The notes under the pieces: generated by a model | The model's database searches: none | What the model saw: only the letters and a program-made list of their open reading frames with translations | What the model was told of the DNA's origin: nothing | Assembly: GCA_039621445.1 (NCBI GenBank) | Contig: CP154954.1 | Location: 30,198,395 to 30,262,394 of the forward strand | Length of the DNA stretch: 64,000 nucleotides | Source of the DNA: Euglena gracilis | Taxonomy: Eukaryota | Direction of reading: 5' to 3' | Shown here: in pieces, positions 56,001-64,000 of the stretch | How the letters are laid out: every line of letters begins with the position of its first letter | How positions within the stretch are numbered: position 1 is the stretch's first letter | Position numbers and translations under genes: made by a program

Positions 56001-59000
56001 ACTCAAAAAACTGCCAATTTCTCTGAAACAATTCTTTTTGCAAAAAAAAGACTACTCATCTTCACAGGAGGGTCCTAAAAAAAGTTATTTTGGGGTGAAA
56101 CGGGCATTTTGAGGACATTTCTGCAGGGGCCCGCTTTCCGAAGCAAAAATTCAAAAATAGCCCACCCCCGAAATAATGGTCCCCCCTGAGATCTCAGCTG
56201 AGTGTCCGAACAATAGCCCTATGGGGCTATTGTTTGGGGGGGGGGATTGGTGGATAATATTCTGTATTGATTTTGGCAAGCTGTGTTCGGTCTACTTCGC
56301 AGGGTGGCGAGACGCAACGAAGAATTGAAACACCAGATGAAACTTGCTGGCCCACAGCCACAGAGTCTGCTCAGATCATCGCTGCCTGTAGAAAAACACT
56401 CTGGGCCCTCAAAGGGAAGAGCAAGCATCATGGGAAGGTGTAATATTGGTCTGTACCAGCTTACATTCTTGTGCATGTGTACATACACATCTTGTAGGTG
56501 CGTAGGTGCGTGGGTGCGCCCAAATGTGTGGGTGGGTAGGTGGGTGGTTATGTGCGTGGGTGTGTTAGTGTGTGTGTGTGTGTGTGTGCATGTGCCAGTG
56601 TGGTGTGGATGATAAATTGTGTTCTTTTGCGCATTTGCATGCATGTCTGTGTGTGTTTGTGTGTGTGCATGTGTGTCTCGAGTTGTGTGTTTTGCTGCGT
56701 GTGCGGCTGCATACACAGCTGCTGCCTTGTACAAGTATCCTGCTTCCACCTTCAGTAAGTTGCTCCTTGTGCTATTTTCATTCTTTTTTGCAACGTTCTT
56801 CTTCATCCTCTGGCACCATTTTCACACCTGGCGGGGAGTTGTTCCGGTGCCAACAGATCCAAGCCAGGGAATGCTTGAAACTTGACTGAGCCCGGAAACT
56901 TGACTAAGTGGGGGGGGGGGCTGCTTCCCAATTCTGTTCGCCAACAGCATCAAGGGATGGTTCTACCAGCCTGCCAGGTCCCCTCCGGCTAAAGAAAGAC
57001 ACCGACAGGCACACATGGACGCTATATATGTGCATCTGAATCCACACACGCGCGCGCATGCACACACCACGCACGCACGCACGCACGCACATGCAGGCAG
57101 GCACATATGCGCAGATGCAAACGCACACGTGTGCACACACACGCACACACACACACACACACACACAACACCTGGTACTTCGAGGCATCGTACTCCGTGT
57201 ACAGTACGCCTCGGCCGTCGTCCTCCTCCGGGGCAGCGTCCACCTCGTCGTCCTCCTCCTCCTCCGCTTCTGGCCCCAGCGGCTCCAGCGCGAACTCGTG
57301 AACCGCAAATGTGCCCACAGGCCGCCGCCTCCATAAACGCCAAAGACGGGGGGGGGGGGGCAACGCTGCGCGGCACCCGACACGGCGACCCACTGTTCCG
57401 GGCGGAATCGAATGCCGACCCAGCGGGGGCCCGGCCATGGTACAGGGTGGTGAGGGTCTTCTCCGTGGGCAGGCTGCCGTCTGAGAGGCTGGTGCGGTAC
57501 ACCCCGCCGAGGACCTGCAGAGGCAAGGGCGTTTCCCCAAGAGCAACGGCGACAGCAACAAAAAAACGACAAGGACAACAACGACAAGGAAAATGGAAAC
57601 CACGCTGGTGCGGTTACGGCGGGGGGGGGGGGAGGGGGCTGGACAGACGGACTTGACTTGTGAGTTGAAAAAAAAAGTCAAGCACCAAAAAAATATGAAG
57701 GTGGGCAGGCGCTTATCAAAAATTCCAGCACATTCAAATACAGATCCACAAGAAAATGGGTGAAGGTTTGGCATTTCTCAGTTACAAGTGGGACTTGCCC
57801 CCCGATTCCAACTGAACCATGTTAGATGTGAGGAATAAGGTCAGGGTTGGGGTTTGGAATGGGGGTTAGGGTTATGGATAAATAATAAATAATAACGAAT
57901 GGATGGGGTTACTTAGGCGGCGCATCTCGAAACTTAAGGGTTTTTTCTTTGTCAATGTGCGCAATTGCGCAAATCGACATATTTTGTGAAATTCTTGGAG
58001 CGCCGACTGTGCCTGGTGAAACAGCAATATATGACGTTCACACCTCACAATACAGGTTAGGAAACACAAAGGTTTCAAGCCATCATCCTAACGAACGTTT
58101 CTGATGCGTCGGGAGCGACAGATTGGTGTTGCCGTGTGCGAAACAGGTGGGTTGTACACCCTGGCTGTTGTGTCGATGGGTACTGGTGTGTCCGCGCTGC
58201 CTGAATTGACTGGGTGTTGCAAACCTGTTTGAAGGGGGCCGATTATCCACCATTTGGACAACGTGATGTCATGGTAAATTAGGCGACGATTGTGGCATAA
58301 AAAACTTCAGAACTCTGCTGCTATCAGACGGATTGAAACGTGTGTCAAGCGATGGAACACTCACATGAAACATATTTATGAAGTGAGGGTCGATGTGCGC
58401 AAATGCACACACCGACCACGTGCGTATTTTGTGTTGGTGGTTGGTGTGCGCATTTGCGCACATCGACCCTCTGTGCCATTTGTTGATGGTCGATGTGCGC
58501 AAATGCGTACACCAACCATCAACAAATAGATAAGTGGTCGATGTGCGCAAATGCGCACATCTACCACTTACACAAAATACACATGTGATTGGTGTGCGAA
58601 AATATGTGAATGGTTGATGTGCGCATTTGCGCAAACCGACCACGTGACACTTGGGAAATATACTCCACATAATACCACATGAAACACAAGTCCTGCCTTT
58701 TCTTGGTTCAGAAGTAAAGTTTGCCCAAGGATTTTGAATGGGTACCGTTGCAATGTGTACCAAAGATCGGTGGCTTGGAAATGTACCTTTGTTTGACCTC
58801 CGTATCATGGAGTGCTCTTCATCCTTAACCGTTGATGTGCGCACTTGCGCACACCGACCATCAGGGACGCAAAACTTTTGAAGCCATTGTGTGGAGACGA
58901 AATTTTGGTTTTTATATTATGCGAAACACGCAGTAGAACACACTATATGACAGGAGAAAATTTGTTCTTTCCAAGCACAAGTTTTGCACGTCTTATCTCT

Positions 59001-62000
59001 AACCTGTAAAACCGATCGTTTTCGCGTCATCAGTTTGGGAGTTGCACAGGAGGAATTGATGACACGTAAACCCCGGTGATTGTTGGACACATTTCTTAAA
59101 CAAGGACTTCCAGAGATTCAAAATTACATGTGTGTAATCCTCCTGTTTCCCCAACCCGGAATCATTATTCTGTTTTTACCACAATGATGCCTCGTTTTTT
59201 CTCAAAAAAACATGCAACGCACCAGTTTTTGTGCACAATATCAGGGTGCTGAGTCGCAGTACTTTCACGCAACCCAACCAGGTGTAAACATCAAATATTC
59301 TCTCCCTCCAAAACAACACAGCCAAACATAAAAACACACACACCCACCCCACAAACAAAAACCCCCCCCCCCACCGCCACACCCACTCCCTCCAAAACAG
59401 TAAGGTTTGTGGCCACGTTTAAGACGCTCCGATTTTCCATTGTTTCCATGAACCAGCAGCATGCCCGCCTCCCCAGTCTGCCATCCCAGTTGTGGGGGAC
59501 AACAATGCCACCTCGGTGGCTGCTGCTGAACCGGGGGGTTAATGACGGCCTTGTGAAAGCTTAAGTGCAACCCCTATCATCACCGTTGCAGCAAAACACA
59601 AACCAGGGGGCAAGTGGTGGGATTTTTCGAAAGCCACCCCATGCCCAAGGGCGCGGCTTCACGTGTGCCGGTGACGTGCCAGCGGCGGGCCAACTATTAG
59701 AGGTCTACGGTCTCCACATGGACCTGGGCCTGTCACTTAGTCACTTTTTTCCCTAAAAAAAGCCCCATGGTTGAGGAGAGTGTTTGGCAGCTGAGTAAAT
59801 TGCACACCGAAGGAGCCATTGCAGGTGGTGTTTGGGGTCGTGTTTGAATTGCGCTATATAAAATCAATATTGTGGTCGGTGTGCGCAAACGCGCACATCG
59901 TCATGGTGTGCCCATTTTTGCACTCTGGCGACGTCCATCTTTATGCACGTGGTCGGTGTTTGAAAGTGTGTAAACGCCGACCATGTGCGCATTTGCGCAA
60001 ACCGACCACTTTTTTCATTCCGACCTGGAGCTTGGTGCATGTGCTTTTCAATGCATTTCTGTCTGTTTTCGGAGCAAAGCTGCGTTGTAAGCTTTCTTCC
60101 AATTATTGTTGTGTCAAAATGCTCAAGGCAGTGAGGTCCGTTTACGTTCCATGATATTTGATCGCGTCCCTTTTCACAAATGAACATGAGGTCGGTTTGC
60201 GCAAATAAATGCACACACGTGGTCGATGTGCGCATTTGCGCAAACCGACCTCATTTTCTCTCCCAAACTCATGGTATTTGTCTCATCAATTTCAGAAGTG
60301 TGAATTCTGGGGTATTTATGGCCGTTCTTCGGGGGAACTGCACAATGGTCGATGTGCGAAATTGCGCACATCGACACTCTTTATTTGTTCAAAACATGGC
60401 TGCAATACGTCAATACAGTGCCATTTGTGTGATCCCCTCTCCCGTTTCAGCGCTACACAATTTAGCCGGACGAATCCCCACTGCAAGTTCGGTGGGGACT
60501 CACGACGCTTCCCTCCCCTTCAAACCACTTTCCCTTCACCCTGCACGGGCCTTCACAAAATCCCCAGGCACGCCTTCGTTTCTGCGCTCTTGGCCGGCGG
60601 CGTGATTGGACCCACCCTAACCCCCCCCCATGCTTCTTCCCTGCGCTCTGGCAAACGCACAAGAACACAACTCCAAGGCCAGCAAAAACAAAAAAAAAGT
60701 GCGCCAAAACCCCCGGAGGGAGCCAGCCAGGGTCGCCAACAACCGGCGAGGAGAGCTGCATCGCACAAAAAGGGGGGAGGCGGTACCGGGGTTTTGGTGT
60801 TTTGGTCGCTGTTTTTTCAATTGTGGGGGGGGTAGGTCCGGGGGTTTTCGTGGCATGCCGACCACAAAAAAACTGTCAAAAACACGTAATTCGTGGGAGC
60901 GCCGGGGCCAAAAATGAAAATTTTGTCGGATTCGTCGTCCACCTGTCGCCTCGCGCTCTTCCCCCTTGCAACGCCGACGCCAAATTGAAAAAAAAATGGT
61001 CGGTTTGCGCAAATGCGCAAATCGACCAAAAAACCCTTAAGTGCGAGATGCACCGCCTAAGGGTTAGGGTTAGGGGTTATAAGCCTAAAAATAAGCCTCA
61101 ACTTTGGAGGAAAAAAAGGTTGAAAACGCTGAGATTTGGTCTAAAAGTCCTTAAAACAGAACTCCTTGCCCTGATCAGAGTGTGGCTTAATAACCACATG
61201 GAAAAGGCTGCCGGTTCTTAAGGAATGGGGTTTTTTTTATTAACAAAAGGACCGCTCCTTAAGGGCTGCCCAGAAAGAGGGCTGGCCAACGGCCGGCCTG
61301 AGACTCGAGCCGACCGGGTTGAAAACCTAGATGGCAGCAGAAAGCTCTGCCCCCCCCCCCCCCCCGGGGAGGGGTTCCAGTGGTATGGCCCAGGGAGGGG
61401 GTCCACTTGTGTGGGGCGATTGGGCGGGTATCGGATGTGTTCTTACCACCATTTTGGTTGAGATCACGGTTAATTAAAAGATTAACCCCGCCCCTTGGGG
61501 TTCATCCAACCAGCAGCCTTTTTCCGGCCAGTAGCCCTTTTCCATCCCTGGACCCCCCTCCCCCCATCCACGAGTTTGGATTATTTTGCAGCCGCCTGAA
61601 GGGTCGGCTGGACGGGCAACAATTTTTTTTTGCGTCTGAACTGGGCTGGCCAGGGCAAATTTTGGGTCAAATGCCAACTTGTATCACGATTGGCGGATTT
61701 TTTAGACAAGTTTGCGGTGTTGATTTTTTGGGGTGCCCGGTTCAGCCCCAGTTTGGGCCTATTTCCAGCCCTGAGACCCCCAGGGGGGGGTCAGCCATCA
61801 GTGTCCGGCCAGACGCTTGGGTGCAGTAAAAAAAAAAGGAAGGGCTATATCAAGGACACGTCATTTTCTCCCTCGAGACAGTGGCAATATGATCATATTC
61901 AACTCAAAAAAAAGACAGAAACAATGGCATTCTCCCAGTGAATGCAAGCAAGAAATGCGACATTGGGACTTCAAAAATAATAAAAATGGTGTTGGGTTTT

Positions 62001-63922
62001 CCAGACCCTGCGCAGCAGATAGACCAGTTTGATTTGGTGCTTCTTCGGGTCACGGTTCAGCTTCTCACAGACCAACGCCAACAAGTCCCGGTACAGGACG
62101 TCAGGGGGTAGGGAGAGGCGGCGGCGCGTCGTGCGGCTCTGCCGCACATAGTTGACGAAGAAGGTGAGGTCCTCCAGCGTCTTGCGGGCCGGCTGGATGG
62201 GGTCCCGGCTGGACCTGGAGGACCGAGGGAAATGAAGCGTTGCGGGATTTGAAAATGGTCGACCGGTTCTCTGGTTTCTGGTTTGAGGCAGCAAACGTTT
62301 TCGAAAAGGAAACCACTGGACAAGTGCAGAGCCACTGGTCAAGGAAGGTGCCGGAGAAAAGTGCTTGGATATTCAGCTCCAGAATAATGGAAAGAGTTTG
62401 CATAACTGCAGGATGGAGCAAAGCTGCAGAAAATAAAGAACCAGTATGAAAGGTTTCAGGTTCCCTCGCCGAAAGCCATGGGAATTCTCAGCCAATTGTT
62501 TGAGGTGAAAATCCCCCCCAAAAAACCCTGGTCGATGAAAAAGTTGCAAGCCCAGGGCATGGCCGTGGCTGTGACACAGAACGGCAATCCTGGCAAATCC
62601 TGCACAAGGCTTTTTTGACTGTGTTCCACCTTGGACAGATTGTCCCAAAATTTCCTGTCTGGTTTTGAGGAGGGAACAGGGGTTTGTTTAAGACTGGGGG
62701 GGAGGGGGGTTCCCCACCCACCCATCCCCTGGGGGCCGGCCCCCGGGGGGGGGGGGGTGTCCCGGGGGACCTACTCTCGTTTTCCCGAAAATGGCAAAAA
62801 ATCGCGAAAATGCTAAAAATAGCGGCGCCTTCGGCGCCAAAAGGTATATCCCCGGGGGTCCCCCAGGGGGGGGGGGGGCTCGGCTAGACCCACCCACCCT
62901 AACCTTACCCCCCCAGGGTCCAAGACGAAAAAAAAATCCCCTGGATCTGAAGTCCAAATGAGAGCCGGTTGCCCCAGACCTGGGGGGGGGGGCTGCCGGC
63001 CTGCGCGGCTACGGGTCCCTCCTGGGGGGGGAGGGGTGCTCATGGCCATTCTCGACCCTTTTTCCTCAAAACTATCAGTCGGGCCTGGGCTGGCCCCAAC
63101 TTTATTTCAGCAGAGGGCAGAGGGGCGTCACACATTGGCTGGGCTGGACCCAGAGGAAGAGTTCCTCAGGCTAAAAAAAAAATGGCCCTGCTTCCGACTC
63201 CCCCCCCCCTAGGGGGATCACTTCCACTCTTCCACTCAATCACTTTTTTTCAGAAAGCCAGTCAGTCATTTTGGCTCCCTGGGATCATGCTTGTGCTTAC
63301 CGACCGGGGGGGGGGGTGCCTGCCCCTGGCAGGCACACCCGGGGGGGGGGGACCCAGAAAATTTTCATTGAAAATGGCCTTTTCCGGGCCCCTGGCGCCT
63401 TCGGCCGGGGTTTTGGGGGGGGGGGGTGCCTGCCTGCCCCTGCCCGTCCCTGGCGCCGAAGGCGCCAGGGACGGGCAGGGGCAGGCAGGCACCCCCCCAA
63501 AAACCTACCCCCCCCCGGGGGTCGGATTGGGTGCTATGTGGTGCCTGCCCCTAGCACCCCCCGCCCCGTGGGGTGGGCACCCGACTAAGCACAGGCCTGC
63601 CTGGGATCCAGTAAAAAAAATTCGACTACAAATGTGAGAAATATATATAAATAAACAAATAAATAATACGGTGCCTTCGGCGGCGAGTCACTTCGGTGGT
63701 TTATCGCCGACCACCCCCCTCTTGGGGGAGGGGGTTTGGATCAAAACCAGTCAGGCACCCCTCCCCTGGGGCAGGGGGTCGACCAGAGACTACTACAAGG
63801 TCCGGGGGCGGACACCCGCTCTCGCTGCCGTCGCTGCAGCACATGACCAGCGTGTCCAGGCGGTTGACCTTGGAGTTCCAGTCCAGCGCCGGGACGTCCT
63901 CCTCGATGGTCCCGGTGTCATC
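53044..63922 (-). CDS. SIN1: SIN1/Avo1/MAPKAP1-like TORC2 subunit, 3' part (end of CRIM, RBD-like and PH domains); 5' end lies beyond the window
   Basis: Manual exon model (minus): 63816-63922, 62007-62214, 57399-57514, 57172-57310, 55639-55776, 54940-54978, 54139-54257, 53469-53567, 53044-53137; all phases join in frame to TGA. DDTGTIEEDVPALDWNSKV resembles the SIN1 CRIM motif (EDDGEVDxDFPxLD). LSLPPDVLYRDLLALVCEKLNRDP is RBD/ubiquitin-like. YQEFHVIKINKWGVRQHRILGMDRSTIYN...TQHPDRGIEDI...ELLSKLRFL resembles the SIN1 PH domain. Three GT-AG and five nonconventional introns; the 57311-57398 junction is the least certain. Family call is from motif recall, not a search. Confidence 0.8.
53143..53465. 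mobile_element. hAT-like MITE (CATAC/aaaccagtcag family) forming the last intron of the SIN1-like gene
   Basis: Ends CACACCATTGCTT / AAGCAACGGAATG; flanks gccccgtc (53135-53142) / gctccgac (53466-53473), 6/8 identical. Internal aaaccagtcag motif shared with 17734-18091 and 32948-33303. Confidence 0.8.
55046..55437. mobile_element. hAT-like MITE inside a nonconventional intron
   Basis: TIR CAGGGGTTTTCT / AGAAAACCCCTG (same ends as 32605-33459); TSD degenerate (4/8). Confidence 0.7.
57912..61061. mobile_element. 3.15-kb TIR element with CTTAG...CTAAG ends, within a GT-AG intron of the SIN1-like gene
   Basis: CTTAGGCGGCGCATCTCG..CTTAAGGGTTTTTT vs AAAAAACCCTTAAGTGCGAGATGCACCGCCTAAG; many gtcgatgtgcgcatttgcgca motifs inside. 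Confidence 0.8.
63286..63599. mobile_element. hAT-like MITE nested in a CATAC-family remnant (~63210-63790)
   Basis: CATGCTTGTGCTTA / TAAGCACAGGCCTG ends; perfect TSD cctgggat. Confidence 0.85.
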
Positions 63923-64000
63923 CTGCAGCAAGGCGGGCACCGGCGCAGGTTGGAATACCGCCATGGCAAGACGTGGTGGAACGGCGCGCGCCAGCGAAAC

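Noticed and set aside
57840-61080. TTAGGG-like repeats near 57865, 61061 (also ~10000 and 51575) as telomere
   Set aside because: Only one to three degenerate copies at internal positions next to element ends; not a chromosome end.
62677-62943. CAGGGG...CCCCTG element as a further 8-bp-TSD MITE
   Set aside because: Ends fit, but the flanks (ggagggaa/gatctgaa) match too poorly to count as TSD evidence.
63923-63964. ATG at 63964 as the start of the SIN1-like gene
   Set aside because: A CTGCAG acceptor precedes 63922 and the peptide starts in mid-CRIM, so upstream exons should lie outside the window.

Overview
Eukaryotic, repeat-rich genomic DNA, most likely from a euglenid (Euglena-like). This is an inference from short GC-rich exons split by a mix of GT-AG introns and euglenid-type nonconventional introns, putative trans-splice acceptors, and a two-hydrophobic-segment plastid-targeting leader. 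All genes I can recognise lie on the minus strand: the 3' part of a SIN1/Avo1-like TORC2 subunit, an MDP-1 magnesium-dependent phosphatase, a plastid-targeted PAP/fibrillin-like protein, and one or two unidentified multi-exon genes. Introns and intergenic DNA carry many non-autonomous DNA transposons. At least 12 are hAT-like MITEs with CA(G/T/C/A)...TG ends, 11 of them with recognisable 8-bp target-site duplications (TSDs). Others are CTTAG-ended elements and a 4.6-kb foldback element carrying two tRNA-like sequences and a 71-bp satellite. Main observation: 14 non-GT-AG introns that I reconstructed by hand all fit one geometry, a terminal stem starting at intron +4 and ending at -6. The 3+5 = 8 flanking nt equal exactly one 8-bp TSD. 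One of these introns (53138-53468) is still a recognisable MITE with its TSD, sitting inside a reading frame. This suggests a system in which hAT-type MITE insertions are removed scarlessly at the RNA level as nonconventional introns. Gene models are manual and unverified by RNA data.
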